This document shows positions 1 through 10,017 of a DNA stretch of 64,000 nucleotides, piece after piece. The notes beneath the pieces are model-generated. The model made no database searches and had not been told where the DNA came from. It saw only the letters and a program-made list of their open reading frames with translations. The DNA lies in NCBI GenBank assembly GCA_964518475.1, contig CAZFGR010000001.1, positions 256,001 to 320,000 of the forward strand, given 5' to 3'. Position 1 is the first letter of the stretch, and each line of letters opens with the position of its first letter. The DNA is from an uncultured Nitrososphaerota archaeon (GTDB lineage: Archaea; Asgardarchaeota; Njordarchaeia; Njordarchaeales; Njordarchaeaceae). The translations under genes were made by a program, and so were the position numbers.

Positions 1-1082
1 TATTCAACGAGAATACCTTCAAAAAATTTCTTAGTCAGTACTCTATTTCGCTAGGTCCTCCACATTCAGAGGAAAAGGAAAAAACTTGGGGAAGAAACTG
101 GCGAGCAGAGAAGAATAAATCTAATGAAATTTCTCCAGAAGAGTTACAAAGATTAGCTAAGATCGATCAACAAAACGCCTTAGAAATAGCGAAGGAGCTT
201 GATAAAAATCTAGAGAAGAAAAAAGCCCCTTCTAAGCAGAAAGAAGAAACTCTAAATAAGAAACAAAAAAGTTTCTTACCAGGATACTCTAGTAGGCTAC
301 GAATGTATCAGAAGCTACTCAGTAAGCGGAGATATATTGCTGCTGTAAGAAAAGTTAGATTAGAGAAAATCTTAGCATCTCTTGACATAAGACCCTCTGG
401 TCAACAAGCTCTGGCTATCCGAGGACAAACTATTTGGGAAATAGGTGATGATGAAACAGAATTAAACATCGAGATGTCTGCTGAGACTTTTGGCTATGTG
501 ATACCAAATTTAACCACGTTGAGAAACCTATACGAAGAAGATGAGGAAGGAAAAAAGAAACGTGGAATAACGCATTTTGAAATAATAATCGATACTAGTG
601 GCTCTATGAATGGTCAACCATTGGAAACAGCTATAGATGTAGCCGTGGCTTTAATAGAAAAAGCTCGAAGACTTGAAAATTCGGTAGCTTTAGTGACTTT
701 CTCAAGCGGGGCTTGGGAAGCGCTACCTCCCTCTTTTGAATATGACGCTCTACAAGATATCGTTCTTCGTCTAATGGCTGATGGAGGAACAAACTTACGC
801 GGAACTTTAAATATCGTAGACACACATCTTAGCCAAGTAACGGGTCTAGGAGCTATCTTCATTATAACAGATACTGCTATATGGGATATAAATAAGCCAG
901 AGGTACGGGATAAGTTGCGTGAATGGGCGCGTAAACATCCAGTTTATTTGCTTGCGATTACCGACGAACTATATGAAGAAACTACTTACGCTCTCCAAAA
1001 CTCTGCCATAAGATTACTTAAGATCTCTCCGTCACATGAAGCTCCATGGGAAATCGTGTTAGATGCTTATGAACACCTTTAA
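1..1082 (+). CDS. vWA (MIDAS) domain protein, ViaA/CoxE-like; 5'-truncated by window edge
   Basis: IIIDTSGSM MIDAS motif, GGT and ITD motifs. The frame is open from nt 3 through the track ATG at 303. Confidence 0.8.
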   Translation, partial: FNENTFKKFLSQYSISLGPPHSEEKEKTWGRNWRAEKNKSNEISPEELQRLAKIDQQNALEIAKELDKNLEKKKAPSKQKEETLNKKQKSFLPGYSSRLRMYQKLLSKRRYIAAVRKVRLEKILASLDIRPSGQQALAIRGQTIWEIGDDETELNIEMSAETFGYVIPNLTTLRNLYEEDEEGKKKRGITHFEIIIDTSGSMNGQPLETAIDVAVALIEKARRLENSVALVTFSSGAWEALPPSFEYDALQDIVLRLMADGGTNLRGTLNIVDTHLSQVTGLGAIFIITDTAIWDINKPEVRDKLREWARKHPVYLLAITDELYEETTYALQNSAIRLLKISPSHEAPWEIVLDAYEHL

Positions 1083-1153
1083 TTTCCTTGCAAGACAACA
1101 CTATTTATGGAGCAGTTAATTCCCATCTAAAGTACCATTGTTGATGAAAATGG

Positions 1154-1783
1154 GTGCTTAGAATGCCAATACTTGCAAGAATACCCCCCGAGAAAGTTAT
1201 TGATGCCGCTCTTGCATTAATATCATACTTTCGTTCTTTGAAGAATTTAGTCATTCACGACATGCAGATAAATGGGTATTTTCTTTATCGATACCGAGGG
1301 ATACTCTTAGTTAGGAAAGGCATATCCGATGTGTTACTTCTCAATGATTTTGATGCCGTTAAGAAGTATCTCGTTTATGTGATGCGTAGTGTTTTAAGAT
1401 CAGATCTTATCACTTGGGCTAAAACTGCTGGTTTAGTCGAAATAATTATGAATGTTAATAGGGAGAAAAAATATGGGTTTATAGTGCTGGAAGTTTCTAA
1501 TGAAGAACAAATTTCTCGTGGAAATCTTAGAATTAGAGTAATCCTACGAGATCATAAAGATAAGCAATCTAACAAAAACATTTTGAAAGAAAACGGAGGA
1601 ACATCCACCGACTCGTTAATTAATGAAATAGACGAGTTAGTGTATCAGGAAGATCTAAGAGATATAGCCCCTCTCGATATATATGAGTTCTTCAAACCTA
1701 AGGAAATAGAGGAGATCCTCTCATTGATAGCAAAATTTGGTGGTGTAAGCGTGCTTATAGATTACGAAGAAACTCGTGAGTAA
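1154..1783 (+). CDS. hypothetical protein
   Basis: 209-aa ORF with normal composition; no motif recognised. Confidence 0.6.
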   Translation: MLRMPILARIPPEKVIDAALALISYFRSLKNLVIHDMQINGYFLYRYRGILLVRKGISDVLLLNDFDAVKKYLVYVMRSVLRSDLITWAKTAGLVEIIMNVNREKKYGFIVLEVSNEEQISRGNLRIRVILRDHKDKQSNKNILKENGGTSTDSLINEIDELVYQEDLRDIAPLDIYEFFKPKEIEEILSLIAKFGGVSVLIDYEETRE

Positions 1784-1893
1784 ACAATTAGAAGATTTTT
1801 TCAGCAATTACTTTTTTCTTATGTAATACGCCATAAAGATTGTTACTGTTGTATAAACTCTACGCTTAATTCATCGCGCTGTACGTTCTACAA

Positions 1894-3564
1894 ATGCGAG
1901 GGAAAAAGATGCCAAAGTACATTTTCGTGACAGGTGGCGTCCTTTCTGGTCTAGGAAAAGGCACCGTAGCTGCTTCAATAGCCAAAATTCTTCAATTCAG
2001 AGGATTCTCGGTCTCGATGGTTAAGTGCGATCCATATCTAAACGTAGATGCGGGCACAATGAACCCTCTTGAGCATGGCGAAAATTTTGTATGCGAAGAA
2101 GTCTGGGAGTTTTCTCCGGTTCCAGATATAGTCTTTAGAATAGCGGAAGTGGACCAAGACTTTGGTACTTACGAGCGATTTACTGGAGAGAATATCCATC
2201 CTAGCCACAATATCACTAGTGGTCAGATATATCTTACAATCATCCTAAAGGAACGTTATGGAGAATTCTTAGGTAAAACCGTGCAGATAATCCCACACGT
2301 TACTGATGAAATAAAAAGAAGAATTCTACTCACAGTTGATGAGAAAAAAGATGTGATAATAGTTGAGATAGGAGGGACCGTAGGAGATATAGAAGGAATG
2401 CCCTTCCTCGAAGCAATACGGCAGCTAAGACATGAATTGCCCCCAAACGATACTCTTCTCGTACATGTCACATATGTGCCTTTTCTTAGAACAATAGGTC
2501 AACAAAAAACAAAACCAACCCAGCACAGCGTGCAAAGACTGTTGCAAGCTGGGCTCCAACCTGATATCATCGTGGCTCGAAGCGAAACCCCCCTCTCTAA
2601 AGAAGCTAGATCAAAAATAGCACTCTTTGCTGGATTGCGAGAAAACGCGGTTATCTCAGCCCCCGACTGTGAAGTTGTCTACGAGTTACCCCTAATTTTT
2701 GAAAACCAAGGAATGGGAAATCTTATACTCCAGAAACTCAATTTGACCCCTAAAACGCCTCCAGAAAGGAATATTGTTGAATGGAGATCTATTGTGGAGA
2801 AGTTTAAACACTCGGAACTACTAGTAAATATCGCTATGGTCGGGAAATATACCCACATTAAGGACTCGTACATCAGTATTGTGGAGGCATTAAAACATGC
2901 TGGTGCCCATGAAAACGTTAAAGTAAATCCAGTTTTTATAGATGCTGAAAAGATTTCTGAGAATGAATTGAAAACATTTGATGGTATACTCCTTACTCCC
3001 GGATTTGGCCGTAGAGCTACAGAAGGGATGATCTTAGCCGCCAGAATAGCATTACGTACTGGAATGCCCTTCCTAGGCATTTGTTTTGGAGCACAATTAG
3101 GTACTGTAGCCTTTGCCCGCGAAATTATGAAATGGGAAAAAGCGAATTCTACAGAGATTGATCCTTCTACACCGCATCCCGTAGTAGACTTGCTACCCTC
3201 TCAGAAAGAGGTAAAAGTTAAGGGTGGAACAATGCGATTGGGGGGCATAAAGATAAAACTAGTACGTGGTACAAAATTATGGCAAGCGTACGGACAAGAT
3301 TGGATAGTGGAACGTTTTAGACACCGTTACCATATAATCTGGGAGTACGCTAAAATTATGCGAGAAAAAGGCTTCATAATCAATGCTATTGATACTGAAA
3401 ATAATATCGCTGGTTTCGAAGTAGAATGGCACCCATTCTTTATAGGTGTTCAGTTCCATCCTGAATTTAAGAGTCGACCTTTCGCACCCTCTCCAACGTA
3501 TAGAGCGTTTATTAGAGCTGTAAAAGAGAAAAAGAAAAATGAGCATCTAAAGAACAAAAACTAA
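1894..3564 (+). CDS. pyrG: CTP synthase
   Basis: KYIFVTGGVLSGLGKG, KTKPTQHSV, GICFG and FHPEF motifs. Probable start is ATG 1909. Confidence 0.97.
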   Translation: MRGKKMPKYIFVTGGVLSGLGKGTVAASIAKILQFRGFSVSMVKCDPYLNVDAGTMNPLEHGENFVCEEVWEFSPVPDIVFRIAEVDQDFGTYERFTGENIHPSHNITSGQIYLTIILKERYGEFLGKTVQIIPHVTDEIKRRILLTVDEKKDVIIVEIGGTVGDIEGMPFLEAIRQLRHELPPNDTLLVHVTYVPFLRTIGQQKTKPTQHSVQRLLQAGLQPDIIVARSETPLSKEARSKIALFAGLRENAVISAPDCEVVYELPLIFENQGMGNLILQKLNLTPKTPPERNIVEWRSIVEKFKHSELLVNIAMVGKYTHIKDSYISIVEALKHAGAHENVKVNPVFIDAEKISENELKTFDGILLTPGFGRRATEGMILAARIALRTGMPFLGICFGAQLGTVAFAREIMKWEKANSTEIDPSTPHPVVDLLPSQKEVKVKGGTMRLGGIKIKLVRGTKLWQAYGQDWIVERFRHRYHIIWEYAKIMREKGFIINAIDTENNIAGFEVEWHPFFIGVQFHPEFKSRPFAPSPTYRAFIRAVKEKKKNEHLKNKN

Positions 3565-3616
3565 TATCGAAAACCTTAACATGAAATTAACAATCCTTAA
3601 ATCATCACACCTATGT

Positions 3617-4066
3617 TTAGGATCCTCGTGAAGGCACTAGTTCTCTAGCTTTCTTAAGATCACTTATGATTTTCTCTATTTCATCGGCCACTTCTCGGAG
3701 TTTTCTAGCAGTACTCATAAGCTTATCTAATGCTTCTTCGAGCAATTTATCCTGTTCCTCCATCTGAGCGAGCAGTGCGCTCATTTTTGCCCCAACTTCT
3801 GCTGCTTCCTCGTAGGCTTCTATTCGCAAAGAGTTCCAATCCCAGACCACTTCGCCATTCTCTATATCGAATTCGCACATTATCCGAATAACATCTCTTT
3901 TCTCTATTCCTTTTTTCTGCAACTCTTCAAAAACTTTTTTATTAAGTTCCGCAGCTGCTTTTAGTATAGCGTCATCAGATAACTTATCACCCAACATTGC
4001 AAAAAGAACTCTCCTAACTTTTCTATCATATCCAGACGCACGAACAAAACCAGTACTTAGACGCAT
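3617..4066 (-). CDS. ThermoDBP-related (DUF2258) single-stranded nucleic acid-binding protein with C-terminal coiled coil
   Basis: MRLSTGFVRASGYDRKVRRVLFA N-terminus typical of DUF2258. GAGGTGA SD favours ATG 4066. Confidence 0.8.
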   Translation of the reverse strand: MRLSTGFVRASGYDRKVRRVLFAMLGDKLSDDAILKAAAELNKKVFEELQKKGIEKRDVIRIMCEFDIENGEVVWDWNSLRIEAYEEAAEVGAKMSALLAQMEEQDKLLEEALDKLMSTARKLREVADEIEKIISDLKKARELVPSRGS

Positions 4067-4253
4067 ACATACTTCACCTCTTAATATTGTAAAGGAAATT
4101 AATAAAACGCATTCTCCAAAATAGTAATAAAGCATTACAAGTGTTTAAAACTTATTTTCTCAAGCCATAAGCTAATAAAAGGCTTAAAGACTCGATAATT
4201 ATGGGATTGTTCGCTTCAAATTTTCAATCAAGAATTTTTAGCAGGGACGAATT

Positions 4254-5378
4254 ATGCGCATCAAATTGAATGACGAAGTGATCGATATTAGAGCCATATG
4301 GTTAGATAACAAGGATCTAGGAATAGTTAAGATGATCGACCAACGCCTACTGCCTTTCCAGTTTAAAATCTTCGAGAGCAGAACTGTCCAAGATACCGCC
4401 TGGGCTATAAAGAATATGGTGACTAGAGGCGCACCAAATATCGGTGTCGCCGGAGCTTACGGTATCTATCAAGCAACAGTAGAAGCTATCAATAAAGATA
4501 CTTTCCCGGAATATGTATTCGAGAAGGCGCAGGAGATAATGAAAACTAGACCAACTGCTGTTAATTTATTCAACGTTGTAAAGGAAGTACTAGATTTCTT
4601 GCAAAAGAAGTTATCAGAAGGCTTATCCAAAGACGAAATACTCGATGCACTATACAAAAAGGTGGAGAGTATAGCGAATAGAGAGGTAGAAGCTAACCGC
4701 AGAATTGGTGAAATCGGTAAAAAATTGATTCGAGACGGCGATAACATTCTAACACATTGCAATGCTGGCGCATTAGCAGCGGTAGATATTGGAACAGCGC
4801 TCGCTCCTATAAGGTTTGCGTACTATGAAGGAAAAAACATAAGAGTCTATGTGGATGAGACCCGTCCGTGGCTTCAGGGTGCTCGCTTAACTGCGTGGGA
4901 ACTAGAAATGGAAGGAATCCCCTATTACTTAATCCCAGATAACACGGCTGGTTGGCTGATTCAGCGCCGTGACGTTGATTTAATAATAGTTGGTGCTGAT
5001 AGAATTGCCATGAATGGGGATGTAGCTAATAAAATAGGTACATATAAATTAGCGGTACTCGCTAAGGAGAACGGAATACCTTTTTATGTAGCAGCGCCAT
5101 TAACAACTTTTGATCCAAATATAGCGACTGGAGATGAGATACCAATAGAGGAGAGATCACCAGAAGAAGTTATCTATGTATTAGGCTATGATGAAGAAAC
5201 TAAAAAACTAAAGCGTGTTCGGATAGCTCCGGAGAATTCAAGAGTTTTAAATCCAGTATTTGATGTAACGCCTTTTAAGTATATTGATGGTATAATTACG
5301 GAAGTTGGAATATTGAGAGAGCCTCAAGAAATTGAACGAGCTGTAAAAGCATTAAGATCATCTGCTACACAATCATAA
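4254..5378 (+). CDS. mtnA: S-methyl-5-thioribose-1-phosphate isomerase (eIF2B-like family)
   Basis: RGAP, TRPTAVNL, LTHCNAGALA, ETRPWLQGARLTAWEL, ANKIGTY motifs. Confidence 0.92.
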   Translation: MRIKLNDEVIDIRAIWLDNKDLGIVKMIDQRLLPFQFKIFESRTVQDTAWAIKNMVTRGAPNIGVAGAYGIYQATVEAINKDTFPEYVFEKAQEIMKTRPTAVNLFNVVKEVLDFLQKKLSEGLSKDEILDALYKKVESIANREVEANRRIGEIGKKLIRDGDNILTHCNAGALAAVDIGTALAPIRFAYYEGKNIRVYVDETRPWLQGARLTAWELEMEGIPYYLIPDNTAGWLIQRRDVDLIIVGADRIAMNGDVANKIGTYKLAVLAKENGIPFYVAAPLTTFDPNIATGDEIPIEERSPEEVIYVLGYDEETKKLKRVRIAPENSRVLNPVFDVTPFKYIDGIITEVGILREPQEIERAVKALRSSATQS

Positions 5379-5401
5379 TGCAACTATTGTGAAGTGATGT
5401 T

Positions 5402-6643
5402 ATGATGCTTTTCCAATATCTCGACTTAGTAATCCTTTTTGTATCCATTGGAATTGTAATTACTCTAATCTACCTATTTATGACCCACGATCTTTTACGC
5501 AAGTACCGAATTTATCTTAAAATTAGATGGCGTATGCTTTATTCCTTCGCAAAACATCTTTACTATGATCTGCTATACCTAGTTAAGCTTACAGAATTAC
5601 TCAAGGTTGTTTTAGCTATTGTTTTGGTGATAGGTTTTATCGGCGTCTTAGTACTTGGTTTTATTGCTTTTTGGAACACATATTTTGTTAAGTATCTTGG
5701 ATTGAAACCTTTGATCCTCCCACTACCCCAACAGCTTTTAAGTAGTAGATTCAATATTTTTTGGATAGCAGGAGCTGCGGGGGGCTCACTTTTGTCTATG
5801 TTTATTAAACCTAAATTAGATAAGTTTGCGGATAAGGTTAGCGCAAAGCCTAAAATGATATACATCTTTGGATCAAACGTTCTCACCGAGAAACTAATTA
5901 AAAGCTTAGTAGATTTGGGCATCGGACCTATGATAGCGCTAATTGCTGAGAAGAAATATTATTGGATAGAAGATTTAGGTAAAACCGTGGACGTATTAAT
6001 TCTAGATTCTCCCGATGAGCTTCGGATGCCTACTCTATATGATAAGATAAAATTTACAAACGCTATCAAAGTTATTAGCTTGGTTGAGGATCCAGAGCTC
6101 AACCAGCATATAATACTTAATGTTAGGCGAAATAATCCAGATGTAGAAATCGTTATTTTATCTAGAAATAGACCTTATATCCTCGATTTGGTAGGCGATC
6201 ATGTCAAAAACATAACTGTGATTGAAGATCTTGAAACCATTACTAGGGAAATTATAAGACGTTTAGCGCTCGGTTTTATATACTCACCAGTTATTGAGGC
6301 ACCTACTCCTAAGGAATATGTTAATAAGAAACCATCTGACATTGAAAAGGATTTCAATGGAAAAGTGGTCGTTCTAGGAGTAAAACGGAATAATGAAATA
6401 ATTCCTTCCCCTGAAACAATAGAACCTAATGACGTCCTCATTATGTACCTTGTAGATCCCGGAGTTCTGAGAGAATTTTTGCAACTATTACCTATAGAAA
6501 AAGCAGAAGCAATAACTCAAACTCAGGAAACACAAATTCGAGAGACACAACTAGAGGCCTCTACCGAGGAATCTAATAAAGATCGAAAAATGGATACCGT
6601 ACTTAAGAAGTTTACAAAACCCTCCGATGAGACACAACAGTAA
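5402..6643 (+). CDS. membrane protein with C-terminal RCK (TrkA-N/TrkA-C-like) domains
   Basis: About three N-terminal hydrophobic segments, Rossmann-like IYIFGS, and RCK_C-like VLGVKRNNEIIPSPETIEPND. Confidence 0.65.
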   Translation: MMLFQYLDLVILFVSIGIVITLIYLFMTHDLLRKYRIYLKIRWRMLYSFAKHLYYDLLYLVKLTELLKVVLAIVLVIGFIGVLVLGFIAFWNTYFVKYLGLKPLILPLPQQLLSSRFNIFWIAGAAGGSLLSMFIKPKLDKFADKVSAKPKMIYIFGSNVLTEKLIKSLVDLGIGPMIALIAEKKYYWIEDLGKTVDVLILDSPDELRMPTLYDKIKFTNAIKVISLVEDPELNQHIILNVRRNNPDVEIVILSRNRPYILDLVGDHVKNITVIEDLETITREIIRRLALGFIYSPVIEAPTPKEYVNKKPSDIEKDFNGKVVVLGVKRNNEIIPSPETIEPNDVLIMYLVDPGVLREFLQLLPIEKAEAITQTQETQIRETQLEASTEESNKDRKMDTVLKKFTKPSDETQQ

Positions 6644-6663
6644 TGATTTAGGAATGGAGTATA

Positions 6664-6720
6664 GAATCAGCGAGGGCTCCACTCCTCATTGCTATCGGTC
6701 GACTGTTTACTCATCATCAA
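6664..6720 (-). ncRNA. box C/D guide sRNA (23S rRNA targets)
   Basis: Minus strand: C ATGATGA (6717-6711), guide GTAAACAGTCGA, D' CCGA, C' ATGAGGA, guide GTGGAGCCCTCG, D CTGA (6670-6667). Guide 1 complements conserved LSU CGACUGUUUA. Confidence 0.9.
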
Positions 6721-6856
6721 ACTGATCTAATCGTCCTAATGCATTATGCCCAATGAGAATATATAACTTACGGTACTCACTAATTATTATTTTGAGTACT
6801 TTCAAATAACCATTAATCCCTAGATAGTTCGAGTAAATTTCGCAAAGGGGTTAGCA

Positions 6857-7765
6857 ATGAGCGAATATTTAAGAGAACCTGCTGTTGCTGGATACTTTTA
6901 TGAAGGAAGAAAAGATAAGCTAATGGAGCAGATTAAGTGGGCCTTTCTTCATCCATTAGGTCCTGGAAGACTTCCGGAGCAATCACCAGGAACCTCTAGA
7001 AATCTTATTGCTGCACAAGTACCTCATGCTGGATACATCTATTCGGGTCCCGCAGCAGCCCATGTCTATTATGCATTACACCAGGATGGAAAACCGGAAA
7101 CATTTATTATACTAGGCCCTAATCACACTGGATTTGGTTCCGCCGTTTCTGTTTATCCAAAAGGTATTTGGAGAACGCCTTTAGGCGATGTGAAAATTGA
7201 TGAGGAATTTTCACGTGAGCTCTTAAAATACGAGCCTTTTGAGGAAGATTTGCTTGCTCATGCTTCAGAGCATAGTATTGAGGTTCAGATTCCATTCATA
7301 CAATTTACCTTTGGAAATGATGTAAAGATAGTCCCGATAACGTTATTAGATCAACGACTAGAAACCGCAAATAAAATTGCTGAGGGAATATTGAAAGCTA
7401 AAGAAGCACTAGATAAAGACATCATTGTCTTAGCTAGCTCCGATATGTCACATTATGAGCCGCATGAAGAAGCTCGTTTAAAGGATCTCCAAGCTATAGA
7501 ATATATTGAAAATCTAGACGTAGAAGGTCTTTACAGATACATCCTCTCAGAAAATGTTACAATGTGTGGCTATGGCCCCGTAATGGTAGCAATGATTATT
7601 GCGAAATACCTTAATGCTACTGGTCTCCTCTTACAATACTATACATCAGGAGACATAACTGGAGACAAACACGCCGTTGTAGGATACGCTTCCATTATAT
7701 TTGGTAGAGGGCTGATAAAACCAAAGCGAAGAACGCTCGAGATAAAAGAGCCCCTTCCTGTATAA
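6857..7765 (+). CDS. MEMO1/AmmeMemoRadiSam protein B family
   Basis: REPAVAGYFY, PHAGYIYSG, GPNHTG, EHSIEVQ, SSDMSHY, MCGYGP motifs. Confidence 0.92.
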   Translation: MSEYLREPAVAGYFYEGRKDKLMEQIKWAFLHPLGPGRLPEQSPGTSRNLIAAQVPHAGYIYSGPAAAHVYYALHQDGKPETFIILGPNHTGFGSAVSVYPKGIWRTPLGDVKIDEEFSRELLKYEPFEEDLLAHASEHSIEVQIPFIQFTFGNDVKIVPITLLDQRLETANKIAEGILKAKEALDKDIIVLASSDMSHYEPHEEARLKDLQAIEYIENLDVEGLYRYILSENVTMCGYGPVMVAMIIAKYLNATGLLLQYYTSGDITGDKHAVVGYASIIFGRGLIKPKRRTLEIKEPLPV

Positions 7766-7814
7766 GTGATTATTATAATATCTTAAATCTTAAAACTGAT
7801 AAAGGTTAGTTTTC

Positions 7815-8288
7815 GTGGAGGGGAAATCCCACCCCGTAAAACCCTCGGAGATTACTATCAGAAAGGCCTCTATAGAGGATGTAGAAGAAATTTTCGAGAT
7901 CGAGAAACTTTCTTTTAAACGCCCTTATCCTAAATACTACTTGCAATGGCTCATAGAAGGCCTTGCGGATATTTTTTTAGTTGCAGAAGTAAATGGAAAA
8001 ATCATAGGCTATATTGCGGGTAGAGTGGAGTATGGTAATCTAGGCCATATAGTAACAATCGCTGTTCACCCAAACTGGCGCAGAAAAGGTCTAGGAACTA
8101 TGCTTATGAGAAAGATTCTAAATTACTTTCGCAAGAATAGTTGCAAAAAAGCTTATCTCGAAGTAAGGGTAAGTAATGAACCAGCCATCAAACTATATCA
8201 GAGATTAGGTTTTCGCAAAGTAAGGATTATTAAACATTATTATGAAGATGGAGAAGATGCCTTCTTAATGGCGAAATTCCTGGAATAA
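7815..8288 (+). CDS. N-terminal acetyltransferase (RimI/Ard1 family)
   Basis: GHIVTIAVHPNWRRKGLG, LEVRVSNEPAIKLY, YYEDGEDA motifs. Confidence 0.9.
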   Translation: MEGKSHPVKPSEITIRKASIEDVEEIFEIEKLSFKRPYPKYYLQWLIEGLADIFLVAEVNGKIIGYIAGRVEYGNLGHIVTIAVHPNWRRKGLGTMLMRKILNYFRKNSCKKAYLEVRVSNEPAIKLYQRLGFRKVRIIKHYYEDGEDAFLMAKFLE

Positions 8289-8401
8289 TGCAATGTACTC
8301 AATTACATTATTATACTTTTAGCGATTAGTTAAAAGAGTATAACTTAGCTTCAGTATTATTTCTAAGGCATATGTTCTCTAAGATTCATTATTAGTTTAT
8401 G

Positions 8402-8458
8402 TCGATGATGATAAGGCATTTGTGGGATAATAATGACCGTTGCTCCCGCATCTGAGAG
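8402..8458 (+). ncRNA. box C/D guide sRNA (23S H69/H71 region targets)
   Basis: C ATGATGA 8405-8411, guide TAAGGCATTTGT, degenerate D' GGGA, C' ATAATGA, guide GTTGCTCCCGCAT, D CTGA 8452-8455. Confidence 0.82.
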
Positions 8459-8498
8459 CATTATCTCAATTGCGTAATAAATCAGATGACTATAAAAC

Positions 8499-9764
8499 TC
8501 ACGCGTATCTTAGTATAGCTGCTATTCCTTTAAATGCGTTTAGAAACATCTCTCCTATTTCACCTTCACTTGAAATGAATTCGACCTCAGCTCCAATATT
8601 TTTCGCTTTATTCATCAAATATTCTACAACATCATCACTAATAACTTCTACCTTAGGAGAAGAGCCGTATTTAGAGCACAATTTACTGGCTCTTTCTTCG
8701 ACTTTTTTCCTTTCAAAATCACTGGTTACCAAAACTTCTATCGGATCAATGTCCACTCTTTCACATGAAACTCTAACCACATAACCTCGAAGCTCCTCAT
8801 GAATTATTAATTTCTCTATTTTCCCTTCGTTTAATGCTTTATTAACTTCTTGAAAACCGTAAGCTACAAGCTCCGGGGATGTGGCAGCTAGCCTCATTAA
8901 TTCATCCACAATCTCCTTTTCTCGGATATATTTGCTCTCTTTTATTAATTCTCTTGCTTCATAAAGAGCTTCTCTTAAGCCTTCCTCTCCTAGATATTGC
9001 GTCGTCACTTTTCCTAAGATCTTTTGTCGCAATCTATAGTCTAGATACTCGCTTTCTAGGAAATCTTCTTTGGCGAAACCAGGTCCTCCTATAATTAGTC
9101 CCTTAATGTCTAGGTCAAGAAATACTTTGTTAGCTTCCTCTGCTACCTTCTTTAGAAATTCCTTATAAGCTCCTTCAATTAATCGCTCAAATCTCCTAGC
9201 TGATTGTCCTCCCTTACTATGTTTGGGAGGAACATAACCAGAAATATTTTTGATAACTTCTATCCTTGTACCATCTAATAAACCAATCGTAGCTTCATCA
9301 CGCTCTAGTAATATGATCCCATACTTCTCTCCTTCTTCAAGCATTTCCTTTAATACACTCGTATCAAATCGAGAATCACAGAGATACTTCTTCACACGCA
9401 CTGGTTTGGGAGGAACAATTTCATAATACTCTAATTTACCCTCTTGAGTAATACCAGCATAGATAATCAGTCCTGTCTCTGGTATTTCTTTCCAATATCT
9501 CAACCTACTTTGAATGCTGGATAGCGCAGCTTGCACATTTTTCCTAGTGGTTCTGGACTTTATTCTTGCTGCCGTGGCTAGTTCCTGTCTTATCAATTCT
9601 GTCACTTCACCCATGGGTGTGCCAGGAGGAATTATTAAAGAGACTAATGTAGTGGAGTGCCCATCAATCGCCGTCTTTTTATCAAGTTCCTCTATGAGCC
9701 TTTTTAATTCAAATTTCTGTCTTTTCTCCATATGGTGTTCTTCTTTGCTGCTTTCATTAGCCAT
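8499..9764 (-). CDS. prf1: peptide chain release factor aRF1
   Basis: GGQSARRF, YLCDSRF and C-terminal GIAAILRY; GGAGG SD. Confidence 0.96.
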   Translation of the reverse strand: MANESSKEEHHMEKRQKFELKRLIEELDKKTAIDGHSTTLVSLIIPPGTPMGEVTELIRQELATAARIKSRTTRKNVQAALSSIQSRLRYWKEIPETGLIIYAGITQEGKLEYYEIVPPKPVRVKKYLCDSRFDTSVLKEMLEEGEKYGIILLERDEATIGLLDGTRIEVIKNISGYVPPKHSKGGQSARRFERLIEGAYKEFLKKVAEEANKVFLDLDIKGLIIGGPGFAKEDFLESEYLDYRLRQKILGKVTTQYLGEEGLREALYEARELIKESKYIREKEIVDELMRLAATSPELVAYGFQEVNKALNEGKIEKLIIHEELRGYVVRVSCERVDIDPIEVLVTSDFERKKVEERASKLCSKYGSSPKVEVISDDVVEYLMNKAKNIGAEVEFISSEGEIGEMFLNAFKGIAAILRYA

Positions 9765-10017
9765 TTCTAGTCCTCCATAATAGCATTTATCTCATGATAA
9801 AAGTCTTGTCTAGATTTGCGAGCAGATTTAAAATTAAGCATTCAATCGGTGACTTCAATAGCAATTTTCCTTATATTTTCCCGCGACATAAGTCTGAGAG
9901 GAATTTCCCAAATAGCGTTGGAAAGTATTACTTATAAGCGACTATTACTATAAGTTATAATATTGTAAAGTTTTGCTTGCAGATTAATAAGTTAATGTTA
10001 GTTAGTGGTTAGAGTGG

